Origin: Pirellulales bacterium
GTDB taxonomy: Bacteria > Planctomycetota > Planctomycetia > Pirellulales > UBA1268
Length of the DNA stretch: 64,000 nt
Reading direction: 5' to 3'
Assembly: GCA_046092585.1 (NCBI GenBank)
Contig: JBJTDZ010000133.1
Coordinates: 11,727-75,726, forward strand
Shown here: positions 10,274 through 18,797 of the stretch, piece by piece
Layout of the letters: every line of letters begins with the position of its first letter
Position numbering within the stretch: the first letter of the stretch is position 1
Program-made: the position numbers and the translations under genes
Notes under the pieces: generated by a model
Told to the model about the DNA's origin: nothing
The model's input: only the letters and a program-made list of their open reading frames with translations
Database searches by the model: none

Positions 10274-10302
10274 AACGCCGTGAGGCGTGGGGCCGGCGGT
10301 GA
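10274..10302 (+). repeat. 29-nt interspersed element with GUGA-capped hairpin (family 2, forward copy)
   Basis: AACGCCGTGAGGCGTGGGGCCGGCGGTGA. Stem ACGCC/GGCGT around GTGA. The exact reverse complement occurs at 33629-33657. Confidence 0.8.
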
Positions 10303-10365
10303 GATCAGCACCACGCCGCTGCCGACGCCCCCCGTGCCGGCCCGAGGCCTCAAGGGTGAGCCCTC

Positions 10366-11271
10366 TCAGTAGACGTTGGGCACGAACGAGCCGCCCCTGC
10401 AGGTCGTGAGATGCCGAAAGGCGGCCACCTGTCCGGTCGTTTCCAGCGCATCGCGGTAGATCGGGTCGTGAAACCCCTCGATGTCGATGCTCCCCCGCCA
10501 GCCGCACGTGCGCAGCGTGTCGATGACGGCTCGCCAGTCGGTGTCACCGAAGCCGGGCAGCCGGTGGTCGGCGTAGGGCACGCCGCCGCGGATGCCGTGC
10601 TCGTGGATCACGTCCCAATGGATGCGGGCATCCTTGCCGTGGATGTGCCAGATGCGGGAAGCGTAGCGGCACAGTTGTGGAAGCGGCTCGACGAAGCTCA
10701 CGAGCTGGTGGCAGGGCTCCCACTCGAGTCCGAGCACCGGGCTCGGCACGGCGGCGAAGATCGCCTCCCAGGCGGCCGGCGCGTGGGCGATGTTCCAGTC
10801 GCCGCTCTCCCAGGTGCCCCGCTTCTCGCAGTTCTCGAAGGCGATCCTCACGCCCCGGTCTTCCGCTCGGCGCGCGAGTGGGCCGAAGACCTTCGCGAAC
10901 GGTCCGTAGGAGTCGGGCACCGGCCGGCCCGGGATGCGGCCGGCGAATCCGGCCACGATGTCGCAGCCGAAGAGCGACGCGGCATCGATCAGCCGCTCCC
11001 AGTCGGCGACGGTCTCGGGACTGGTGAGCGGGTTGCCATACACGCTGATGGCGCTCACCTTTCGAGGCAGGTCGTGGGCGCTCACCGGATGCGCCTCCAG
11101 CACCCGGCGGACTGCCGCGGCGAGGCCGGCAAGATTGATGTCGGCCACGGTGCGGCCGAAGCTCACCTGAAAGGTCTCGAAGCCGTGGGGCAGGAGCTGG
11201 GTGATGACCTCGGCCGTGCGGTCGTGCGCGGGCACGAGCGTGCCGATGCGGATGTCGTCGTGGGCGTGCAT
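10366..11271 (-). CDS. Sugar phosphate isomerase/epimerase (xylose isomerase-like TIM barrel)
   Basis: 301-aa C-terminal part of the track ORF, starting MHAHDDIRIGTL. TIM-barrel AP-endonuclease-2 family features (IAFENCE, IHGKD, IDIEGFHD). The upstream extension was rejected. Confidence 0.7.
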   Translation of the reverse strand: MHAHDDIRIGTLVPAHDRTAEVITQLLPHGFETFQVSFGRTVADINLAGLAAAVRRVLEAHPVSAHDLPRKVSAISVYGNPLTSPETVADWERLIDAASLFGCDIVAGFAGRIPGRPVPDSYGPFAKVFGPLARRAEDRGVRIAFENCEKRGTWESGDWNIAHAPAAWEAIFAAVPSPVLGLEWEPCHQLVSFVEPLPQLCRYASRIWHIHGKDARIHWDVIHEHGIRGGVPYADHRLPGFGDTDWRAVIDTLRTCGWRGSIDIEGFHDPIYRDALETTGQVAAFRHLTTCRGGSFVPNVY

Positions 11272-11358
11272 CGGGCGGGAGTGTAGCAGCGCCGGCCCGT
11301 CGCCCGCCCGTCGCCGTCGATCACGGTCGGCGGCACACGGCGCGGGTAGGATGCCCGT

Positions 11359-12069
11359 ATGCGGCTCTTCAGCTGGAACATCCACAAAGGCATCGGCGGC
11401 CGGGATCGACGCTACTCGCTCGAGCGGATCATCGACTGCATCGAGGCCGAGAACCCCGATCTCGTCTGCCTGCAGGAGGTGGATCGGCACGTGCGCCGCA
11501 GCGGTCACGACGACCAGCCGCGGCTGCTGGCGCGATACTTCCGCTGCCATGCCGTGTTTCAGCCGACCGTCGCCGTGGACCGTGGCGGCTATGGCAACCT
11601 CGTGCTCTCCCGCTGGCCCGTAGCGAGCCGGCATCGGATCACGCTTCGGCAGGCCAGCCGCAAGCCGCGAGGGGCCCAGTTGCTCCTGGTCGACACCCCG
11701 GAGGGGCCGCTGCACCTCGTGCACACGCACCTCGGCCTCGCGGAACGCGAGCGGCACTGGCAGGTGGCCCGGTTGCTCGGGCACCACCTCTTTCGCGCGG
11801 CCGATCGCCACCCTACGGTGGTCGTCGGCGATTTCAACGACTGGCGCGACACGCTCGGTGCGGCGGTGCTGGCGTCCGACGGCTTTCGGCAGGTGACCGC
11901 CCCGGCCTCACGCTTTCGCACGTTCCCGGCCTGGCTGCCGATGGGCTCGCTCGACAAGGCGTTCGTCCGCGGCGGCCTCGAAGTGCGGCACGCGCGGGTG
12001 GTGCGCACGAGCCTCGCCAAGGCGGCGAGCGACCATCTCCCGCTCGTGATCGACCTGCACCTGCGCTGA
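11359..12069 (+). CDS. Endonuclease/exonuclease/phosphatase (EEP) family protein
   Basis: MRLFSWNIHKG...DLVCLQEVD and C-terminal SDHLPLVIDL, the canonical EEP catalytic motifs. Confidence 0.85.
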   Translation: MRLFSWNIHKGIGGRDRRYSLERIIDCIEAENPDLVCLQEVDRHVRRSGHDDQPRLLARYFRCHAVFQPTVAVDRGGYGNLVLSRWPVASRHRITLRQASRKPRGAQLLLVDTPEGPLHLVHTHLGLAERERHWQVARLLGHHLFRAADRHPTVVVGDFNDWRDTLGAAVLASDGFRQVTAPASRFRTFPAWLPMGSLDKAFVRGGLEVRHARVVRTSLAKAASDHLPLVIDLHLR

Positions 12070-12085
12070 ACCGTGCCCGTCATAG

Positions 12086-12106
12086 CCGAAGGCCGTGAGG
12101 CTTCGG
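12086..12106 (+). repeat. GUGA-capped hairpin between convergent genes
   Basis: CCGAAGGCC-GTGA-GGCTTCGG, an imperfect 8-9 bp stem lying between the EEP stop (12069) and the pseudo-receiver stop (12119). Confidence 0.6.
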
Positions 12107-12118
12107 GCCGGCTCGGCG

Positions 12119-12634
12119 TCAGCCGATCATCAGCACCGCGATCGCGATCACCGCCGCGCCCACGCTCACCGGCAGCGCGGCCCACGACCGTCCAGGGGCG
12201 GCGATCCGCCGCCGCCGCTCCTCGAGCGGCAGGCCGAGAAGTTCCTCGAGATCGGCCACGGTGATCGGCTTGGAGAGGACGACATCGACGCCGGCCTCAC
12301 GGGCGGTCTGCTCGGCGAGCACGCGATGCCGCGAGCCCTCGGCCTCGACATCGACCATCGCCACCTTGGCGTCCGACCGTCGGGACTCCAGCAGGCCGAC
12401 GAAATCCTGGCCCGACATGTCGTCGAGTTCCGGGGCGATGAGCCAGGCATCCACCGGCAGTCTCCCGGCGAGCTTGAGCGCGGCCGCACCACTCGATCGC
12501 AAGTGAAGATCGAGCCGACCCATACGGGCACTCGCGACCAGCGCGGAATAGGCGTTGAACATGGGGTCGACCACCACGACGCTCGGCAGTCGCCGCGCCG
12601 CACGATCCACCATTTCCAAAGTGCCTGTCACCAT
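12119..12634 (-). CDS. Receiver-like (pseudo-receiver) domain protein with C-terminal TM anchor
   Basis: CheY-like layout (VVVVDP ... PVDAWLIAPELDDMSG ... VVLSKP), but the phospho-acceptor position aligns to Ala and the acidic pair reads DP. Ends in a hydrophobic helix AALPVSVGAAVIAIAVLMIG. Confidence 0.55.
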   Translation of the reverse strand: MVTGTLEMVDRAARRLPSVVVVDPMFNAYSALVASARMGRLDLHLRSSGAAALKLAGRLPVDAWLIAPELDDMSGQDFVGLLESRRSDAKVAMVDVEAEGSRHRVLAEQTAREAGVDVVLSKPITVADLEELLGLPLEERRRRIAAPGRSWAALPVSVGAAVIAIAVLMIG

Positions 12635-12677
12635 GTCCCATCAATCCTTGCCAGAAGATGTCGTTCCTCGAACCTGC

Positions 12678-12785
12678 TCAGACGAGGCTCACGATCGTGA
12701 GGAACAGGCCGATCGGGACGACGCAGAGAATCACGTCGGCCTTCGTGAGCATTCTCACCACGGAGATTTCGCTGCCGGCGTTCAT
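12678..12785 (-). CDS. Possible 35-aa hydrophobic micro-protein
   Basis: MNAGSEISVVRMLTKADVILCVVPIGLFLTIVSLV. Its ATG overlaps the stop of the upstream PEP-CTERM gene (ATGA). Single TM. No homology claimed. Confidence 0.3.
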   Translation of the reverse strand: MNAGSEISVVRMLTKADVILCVVPIGLFLTIVSLV

Positions 12786-13168
12786 GCACACCCCTCCCCG
12801 CCAGCCTTGACGCGACGCTTGCGGAGCATCGAGCGGCCGCAGACCATGCCACCGATCGCCATGCCGGCCAGCACGATCGCCGGCGGCTCCGGAGCGGCCA
12901 GACCGGTCATGAGTTCGACGTCTCGCTCGGCGTCGACCGCGGCCAACGCCGGCGACGCCAACCCGGGGGACGTCTCGTCCTCGCCCGCCCAGGCGAACGA
13001 CGCACCACCGGTCGTGCAGCCGGCAAACTGCTCCCACGAAGCGGGCAGGAGCGAGTCGGCTCGGGTGATCGAGGCGGTGGCGGCGACGAGAACCGTGGCG
13101 ACGAGAACCGTGGCGACGAGAACGGTGGCGACGAGAACGGTGGCGACGAGAACGGTGCTGCGGAGCAT
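12782..13168 (-). CDS. PEP-CTERM sorting-domain protein
   Basis: 128 aa from MLRS. N-terminal hydrophobic (TVLVA)x5. C-terminus PEPPAIVLAGMAIGGMVCGRSMLRKRR matches PEP motif + TM + basic cluster. Confidence 0.75.
   Translation of the reverse strand: MLRSTVLVATVLVATVLVATVLVATVLVAATASITRADSLLPASWEQFAGCTTGGASFAWAGEDETSPGLASPALAAVDAERDVELMTGLAAPEPPAIVLAGMAIGGMVCGRSMLRKRRVKAGGEGCA
13081..13155. repeat. 15-bp x5 perfect-phase tandem repeat inside the PEP-CTERM gene
   Basis: Units (C/T)GGCGACGAGAAC(C/G)G at 13081, 13096, 13111, 13126 and 13141. They encode TVLVA five times on the minus strand. Confidence 0.95.
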
Positions 13169-13533
13169 GGTGTGGATTCCTTGAAGAACGACCAAAACAG
13201 GAGGGACGGCCGGGGCCGTGCCGCGGGCATCCGTTACCCGGGAATGGCTGACGAAGATGCAAGCCATGTGCCAAAAGGGCGCGACACCTGTCGCCGCAGC
13301 CCGTTTCGGTCGCAAACAACGCTTTTGCCCACGAAAACGTCCGTTTTTCCATCGGCGTTGGGCACCGGCTTGGCCGGTGCCCCCCTCCAGTCCCGGGAGC
13401 GAATCCCCCCCCCACCCGCGCCACCGCGGGGGGCGATTCGCTCCACCCTGGCCGGGGCCCCGGGGCTATTCACGCCACCCAGCCGCTCGGACCGACACAG
13501 TCTGCGCCCGCCCGCGTGCTACCCTTCCTTCTG

Positions 13534-15009
13534 ATGGAACAGGCCCTCGCAGACGCGTGGCGGTGGTGGGACGCGATCTGGCCCCACGTGACAGCGGCGG
13601 CAATCCTCCTGATCACACTGGCGGCCTCCGCCCATGCGATCCTGCTCAAGCGAGATACCCGCTCCACGATCGGCTGGGTCGGTCTGATCTGGCTGTCGCC
13701 GGTGATCGGAGCCGCGCTCTACGCCATTTTCGGCGTCAACCGGATCCGGTCGCGGGCCTCACAGTTGCGAGCCGGCCAGGCACGCATCAGCCACGTGCTG
13801 GCCCCGGCGGTGGCCACGCCGGAGCGGCTGCGGGAGGTGGTCGGCCCCGACGGCCACCCGCTGCGGTCCCTCGGCACGCTCGTGGGCGCGGTGACATCGC
13901 GACCGCTCGTCGATGGCAACCGGATCGTGACGCTCGACGGGGGCGACGAGGCGTACCCGCAGATGCTGGCGGCCATCGAGGAGGCCACGCGGAGCGTCGC
14001 GATCGCCTCGTACATCTTCGACAACGATCCGACAGGCCGCATCTTCGCCGAGGCCCTCGGGAGGGCCGTGAAGCGGGGCGTCGAGGTTCGTGTGCTCGTC
14101 GACGGCATCGGCTCCACCTACACGAGGCCGCCGATCACGGGCGTGCTCGCCGCCCACGGCGTGCGAGTGGAACGCTTCCTGCCGACGAGCGTGCCCTTCT
14201 ACTTTCCCTATGCCAACCTGCGCAACCACCGCAAGATCATGGTGGTCGACGGCCGCGTGGGCTTCACCGGGGGCCTCAACATCCGCGACGGCTGCTGGCT
14301 CTCGCATGCACCGCGGCATCCGGTGCGCGACGTTCACTTCCGCATCGCAGGCCCGGCGGTCGCCCAGTTGCTCGAGGTGTTCATCGAAGACTGGGCCTTC
14401 GCCGCCGACGAGACGCTCCACGGCCCTGCCTGGACGCCGGCCCTCGAGCCCGCCGGCACGATGCTGGCCCGCGGCATCCGCTTCGGCCCCGATGACCCGG
14501 AGATCGGCCGCATCAAGCTGGTGCTCGTGGGCGCGCTGGCCGCCGCCCAGAAGACCGTGAAGATCATGACCCCGTATTTCCTGCCCGACGACGCGATCTT
14601 CCGGGCCCTCGACGTGGCGGCGATGCGCGGGGTCGAGGTCGACATCGTGCTGCCGGAGCAGAACAACCTCGCGCTCGTCGGCTGGGCGAGCGACGCGATG
14701 CTCTGGCAGGCCCTCGGCTGCGGCTGCAATGTCTGGATGTCGCCGCCGCCGTTCGACCACACGAAACTGATGGTGGTCGACGCCGCGTGGGCGATGTTCG
14801 GCAGCGGCAACTGGGACGAGCGGAGCATGCGGCTCAACTTCGAGTTCAACGTCGAGACCTACGACCGCGGCCTCGCCGCATCGCTCGACGCGCGGATCGC
14901 CGCGGTGATCGCCCGCTCACGGCGTCGAACCCTCGCCGAGGTCGACGCTCGCAGCCTGCCCGTGCGGCTCCGCGACGGCATCGCCCGCCTCTTTAGCCCG
15001 TATCTCTGA
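13534..15009 (+). CDS. cls: Cardiolipin synthase (PLD superfamily)
   Basis: Two N-terminal TM helices and two HKD motifs (HRKIMVVDGRVGFTGGLNI and HTKLMVVDAAWAMFGSGNWD). An in-frame GTG at 13516 is an alternative start. Confidence 0.9.
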   Translation: MEQALADAWRWWDAIWPHVTAAAILLITLAASAHAILLKRDTRSTIGWVGLIWLSPVIGAALYAIFGVNRIRSRASQLRAGQARISHVLAPAVATPERLREVVGPDGHPLRSLGTLVGAVTSRPLVDGNRIVTLDGGDEAYPQMLAAIEEATRSVAIASYIFDNDPTGRIFAEALGRAVKRGVEVRVLVDGIGSTYTRPPITGVLAAHGVRVERFLPTSVPFYFPYANLRNHRKIMVVDGRVGFTGGLNIRDGCWLSHAPRHPVRDVHFRIAGPAVAQLLEVFIEDWAFAADETLHGPAWTPALEPAGTMLARGIRFGPDDPEIGRIKLVLVGALAAAQKTVKIMTPYFLPDDAIFRALDVAAMRGVEVDIVLPEQNNLALVGWASDAMLWQALGCGCNVWMSPPPFDHTKLMVVDAAWAMFGSGNWDERSMRLNFEFNVETYDRGLAASLDARIAAVIARSRRRTLAEVDARSLPVRLRDGIARLFSPYL

Positions 15010-15054
15010 GCCCTTCGTTGCCAGGGGGCGGGGGCGGCGAATACAGTCTGCCGT

Positions 15055-15732
15055 ATGAGCACCGTCACCGCCGCCCAGGCCCCCGCCGGGGCCGATTCCA
15101 TCGACCACCTGCGGGCCATCGGCCGCGAGTTTCACTCCCGCTCGTGGTCGCTCGGCACCAGCAGCAACTACAGCGTGGTCGTCGGCCGCAACCCGCTCGA
15201 ACTGCTCGTCACCGTCAGCGGAAAGGACAAGTCGGCCCTCGGCCGCGACGACTTCGTCCGCGTCGACGCGGCCGGCAAGCCCACCGACGGATCGGGCCGG
15301 AGGTCGTCGGCGGAGACGCTTCTCCACTGCACGCTCGCCGAGATGATCCCCTCGGTCGGCGCCGTGCTGCACACCCACTCCGTCTGGGGCACGATTCTCT
15401 CGGCTGCAGACCTGCCGCGCGGCGGCCTCACGATCGGGGGCTACGAGATGCTCAAGGGCCTCGAGGGCATCGCCACCCACGACACGTTCGAAGAGGTACC
15501 CATCTTCGCCAACACGCAGGACATGGTCGAACTCTCCGACCGCCTCCGGCAGCGGCTCGGCGGCCTCGACTGGCACGCGGCAGGCCGCCCGCCGTGCCAC
15601 GGCTTCCTGCTCTCGGGCCATGGCCTCTACACCTGGGGCCGCACGCTCGCCGAGGCCCGCCGGCATATCGAGATCTTCGAGTTCCTGTTCGAGTGCGTCG
15701 CCCGCAGCCGTAGCCTCCCACCCGCTGCCTGA
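15055..15732 (+). CDS. mtnB: Methylthioribulose-1-phosphate dehydratase (class II aldolase fold)
   Basis: SWSLGTSSNYSVVV, HTHS metal site, LLSGHGLYTWG. Directly followed by mtnD and mtnC. Confidence 0.8.
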   Translation: MSTVTAAQAPAGADSIDHLRAIGREFHSRSWSLGTSSNYSVVVGRNPLELLVTVSGKDKSALGRDDFVRVDAAGKPTDGSGRRSSAETLLHCTLAEMIPSVGAVLHTHSVWGTILSAADLPRGGLTIGGYEMLKGLEGIATHDTFEEVPIFANTQDMVELSDRLRQRLGGLDWHAAGRPPCHGFLLSGHGLYTWGRTLAEARRHIEIFEFLFECVARSRSLPPAA

Positions 15733-15741
15733 GGAGAAACC

Positions 15742-16311
15742 ATGGCGATCGTGACCGTGCCCGCCACCGCCCGCCGCATCACCGACCCGGCGGAGATCAG
15801 CTCGTTTCTCGCCGACCACGGCATCCACTACGAGCGCTGGCCGCTCGAAGACCGCGTGAACCCGGCCGCGCCGGCCGAGACGATCCTCGCCGCCTACGCC
15901 CCCGAGATCGACGATCTCAAGCGGCGGGGGGGCTTCGTCACCGCCGATGTGGTCGACATCTACCCCGACACGCCGAACCTCGAGGTGATGCTCGCGAAGT
16001 TCAACCAGGAGCACACGCATACCGAGGACGAGGTGCGGTTCATCCTCCAGGGACGCGGCGTGTTCCACATCAACCCGGGCGACCGCCCCGTGTTCGCCAT
16101 CGAGGTGTGGGCCGGCGACCTGATCAGCGTGCCGCTCGGCACCCGCCACTGGTTCGACCTCTGCGGCGATCGCCGCATCCGGGCCATCCGCCTCTTCCAG
16201 GACACGAGCGGTTGGACGCCGCACTACATCGAGCAGGGCGTGCACGCCGGCTACGAGCCGCTCTGCTTCGGCCCCGCGTGGGTGCCCGCCTCGGGAAAGG
16301 CCGCCACGTGA
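15742..16311 (+). CDS. mtnD: Acireductone dioxygenase (ARD cupin)
   Basis: ARD-family cupin motifs ([28 protein letters not shown]) and typical length of about 180 aa. Confidence 0.85.
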   Translation: MAIVTVPATARRITDPAEISSFLADHGIHYERWPLEDRVNPAAPAETILAAYAPEIDDLKRRGGFVTADVVDIYPDTPNLEVMLAKFNQEHTHTEDEVRFILQGRGVFHINPGDRPVFAIEVWAGDLISVPLGTRHWFDLCGDRRIRAIRLFQDTSGWTPHYIEQGVHAGYEPLCFGPAWVPASGKAAT

Positions 16312-17021
16312 TCGTGTTCGACGGCCGGGGCATCCTGCTCGACGTCGAGGGAACGACGTCGTCGATCTCCTTCGTCTACGACGTGCTCTTCGAGCACGCG
16401 AAGCGCCATGTCGCCGATTTCCTGGCGGCCCGCCGGGGCGATCCGGTCGTCCGCGCGGCCGCCGCCGGCCTCGCCGCCGCCGCCGGGCTGTCGGCCGATG
16501 CGCTCGACTCGGCCGAGGGTGTCGGGCGGATCGCGCTGGCGGCCCTCGACATGATGAACCGCGACGTGAAGGAGACCTCGCTCAAGACGCTACAGGGCAT
16601 GATCTGGCGCGGCGGCTACGAATCGGGCGAGATCGTCGCCCACGTGTTCGACGACGTGCCGCCGGCGCTCGCCCAGTGGGCCGACTCGGGCTTCGACGTG
16701 CGGATCTACTCGTCGGGCTCGATCGAGGCCCAGAAACTCTTCTTCACCCATACGGCGGCCGGCGACCTCACGCCCCACCTTCGCGGCCACTACGACACCA
16801 CCACGGGCCCGAAGCGGGAGCAGGCCAGCTACGCGGCGATCGCCGCCGACATGGGGCTCGCTCCGCGGGAGGTGCTCTTCGTGAGCGACGTGGGCGCCGA
16901 ACTCGACGCCGCGCGGGCAGCCGGCATGCGGACGGCGCTCGCCGTGCGGCCAGGCAACCGCGATGCCGGCGGGGTCTTCGACCACGAGTCGTTGTCGTCG
17001 TTCGCCGAGATCGTCACATGA
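16308..17021 (+). CDS. mtnC: Enolase-phosphatase E1 (HAD)
   Basis: GTG start overlapping the mtnD stop (GTGA). [18 protein letters not shown] motif I, YSSGS, FVSDV motif. The upstream part of the 304-aa track ORF was rejected. Confidence 0.85.
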   Translation: MIVFDGRGILLDVEGTTSSISFVYDVLFEHAKRHVADFLAARRGDPVVRAAAAGLAAAAGLSADALDSAEGVGRIALAALDMMNRDVKETSLKTLQGMIWRGGYESGEIVAHVFDDVPPALAQWADSGFDVRIYSSGSIEAQKLFFTHTAAGDLTPHLRGHYDTTTGPKREQASYAAIAADMGLAPREVLFVSDVGAELDAARAAGMRTALAVRPGNRDAGGVFDHESLSSFAEIVT

Positions 17022-18223
17022 GCCGTGGCGCCGCCCCCCGCTGTGGCTGCGGCGGATCGACCCAGCCCGAAATCGGGGCGGCGGTGCGCGAGGCGGTGAC
17101 CCAGGCCGTGACGCAGGCCGGAGGCATGCCCGCGGATGGGCGGCCCTTCGACCTCGCCATCGTGTTCGTGACGGCCGCGCACGGCCCGGCGATCCGGCCG
17201 GTGTTCGAGTCGCTCACCGAACTCGTGCCGGCGACCGCCGTGATCGGCACGACCGCGGAGAGCGTGCTCGCGGGCGACCGCGAATACGAACGCTGCCCCG
17301 CGGTGGCGGTGTGGCTGGGCTCGCTGCCGGGCGCGTGGATCCGCACGGTGTCGCTCGAATACCTGCAGACGCCCGACGGCGGGATGTTCGCCGGCTGGCC
17401 CGACGAGGTCGGCAGCGAGTGGCCCGCCAACGCCTCGCTCCTGCTGCTCGCCGATCCCTTCTCGTTTCCGGTCGACGCCTTCATCGAGCGGATGATGGAA
17501 GAGCATCCCGGCGTGCCGATCATCGGGGGCATGGCGAGCGGCGGTGCGACGCCGGGCAGCAACACGCTCGTCACCGGCTCGCGCACGTACGACACCGGCG
17601 CGGTGGGCGTGCTCGTCGGCGGCGTCATCCGCGTGCGGCCGGTGGTCTCGCAGGGCTGCCGGCCGATCGGTCGGCCGCTGGTGATCACGAAGGCCGACTC
17701 GAACCTGATCGTCGAACTCGGCGGTCGGCCGGCGCTCGAGCGGCTCCGCGAGTTGTATGGCGAACTCGACAACGCCGACCGGCTGCTCGTGCGGTCGTCG
17801 CTGCACGTGGGGCGGGCGGCCTCCGAATACCGTGACAGCTTCCGCCGCGGCGACTTCCTCGTCCGCAACGTCGTCGGTGCCAACCCCGAGTCGGGCGTGA
17901 TCGAGGTGGGTGACCTCGTCCGCACCGGCCAGACCGTGCAGTTTCACGTGCGGGATGCCGCCAGTGCCGACGACGACCTCCGCGGCCTGCTCTCGGCGCA
18001 GGTGTCGGCGGCACAGCCGGCGGGGGCGATCGTGTTCACCTGCAACGGCCGTGGCCTGCGGCTCTTCGACGAGCCCCATCACGACGCCTCGTGCGTCCGC
18101 GACTGCCTCGGCCCCATCGCCACCGCCGGCTTCTTCGCCCAGGGGGAGATCGGCCCGATCGGCGACCAGACCTTCCTCCACGGCTACACCGCGAGCATCG
18201 CGGTGATCGAACCGGCCGGCTGA
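17018..18223 (+). CDS. FIST (N+C) domain protein
   Basis: 401 aa from [12 protein letters not shown] overlap with the mtnC stop. Layout and motifs (LAIVFVT..., GFFAQGEIGP near the C-terminus) are typical of stand-alone FIST sensors. Confidence 0.7.
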   Translation: MSRGAAPRCGCGGSTQPEIGAAVREAVTQAVTQAGGMPADGRPFDLAIVFVTAAHGPAIRPVFESLTELVPATAVIGTTAESVLAGDREYERCPAVAVWLGSLPGAWIRTVSLEYLQTPDGGMFAGWPDEVGSEWPANASLLLLADPFSFPVDAFIERMMEEHPGVPIIGGMASGGATPGSNTLVTGSRTYDTGAVGVLVGGVIRVRPVVSQGCRPIGRPLVITKADSNLIVELGGRPALERLRELYGELDNADRLLVRSSLHVGRAASEYRDSFRRGDFLVRNVVGANPESGVIEVGDLVRTGQTVQFHVRDAASADDDLRGLLSAQVSAAQPAGAIVFTCNGRGLRLFDEPHHDASCVRDCLGPIATAGFFAQGEIGPIGDQTFLHGYTASIAVIEPAG

Positions 18224-18247
18224 GGCCGATCGCCCGCATTCGGCGAT

Positions 18248-18306
18248 CCCCATCGCTCACGCGATTGGGCTTCCTTGAAGCGTCACCGCGTGAGCGGTAC
18301 GGCTGC
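18248..18306 (+). repeat. Interspersed repeat family 1 (left module + GUGA hairpin)
   Basis: CCCCATCGCTCACGCGATTGGGCTTCC ... GAAGCGTCACCGC-GTGA-GCGGTACGGCTGC. Related copies at 22319-22448, 53206-53233 and 60463-60527. Confidence 0.8.
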
Positions 18307-18404
18307 GGCAGCGTCCAGGATCGACATTGCCCGACCGCCGCGGCTTCCCTATCGTCCCGTCGCCGGTCGCGCGACTGCCCCGGCCGGCCACCTGGAGGCA
18401 TTTC

Positions 18405-18764
18405 ATGATGCGGATCACGACGCGGCTCCTGCCGGCGGCGCGGCTCGCCGTTCTGGCAGTGATCGCGGTGGGCTGTGCGCACCACAAGACCAACCAATAC
18501 GCCTACGCACCACCGTTGGCGCCGCCGGTCTACCCGCAGCCGCAGACGGCGGCCCAGCCGGTTGCCTATCCTGCTGCGGTGCCGACGGCCGGGATGCCCG
18601 CCGTGGCCGGTGCCCCGGTCATGGCCCAGGGAGCTCCCGTTGCGATGCCCGCCGTCGCACCCGTCGCCGGCGACCCCTGCTGCCCGCCGCTCGACGGCGC
18701 CGCAGCCGGCATGCCCGTCGTGTATGAATCGGACCAGACTCCGCCGTGCCCACCCGGACCCTGA
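18405..18764 (+). CDS. Pro/Ala-rich lipoprotein
   Basis: GGAGG 7 nt upstream of ATGATG. Signal peptide with lipobox LAVIAVG-C. Low-complexity P/A/V-rich body with a CCPP motif. Confidence 0.6.
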   Translation: MMRITTRLLPAARLAVLAVIAVGCAHHKTNQYAYAPPLAPPVYPQPQTAAQPVAYPAAVPTAGMPAVAGAPVMAQGAPVAMPAVAPVAGDPCCPPLDGAAAGMPVVYESDQTPPCPPGP

Positions 18765-18797
18765 CGGGTCCGCCGCCAGCTCATCCGGAACCATGCG

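Noticed and set aside
13081-13155. CRISPR-like array
   Set aside because: The 15-bp units are contiguous with no spacers, lie in frame inside a coding sequence, and no cas genes are nearby. This is a tandem repeat, not a CRISPR array.
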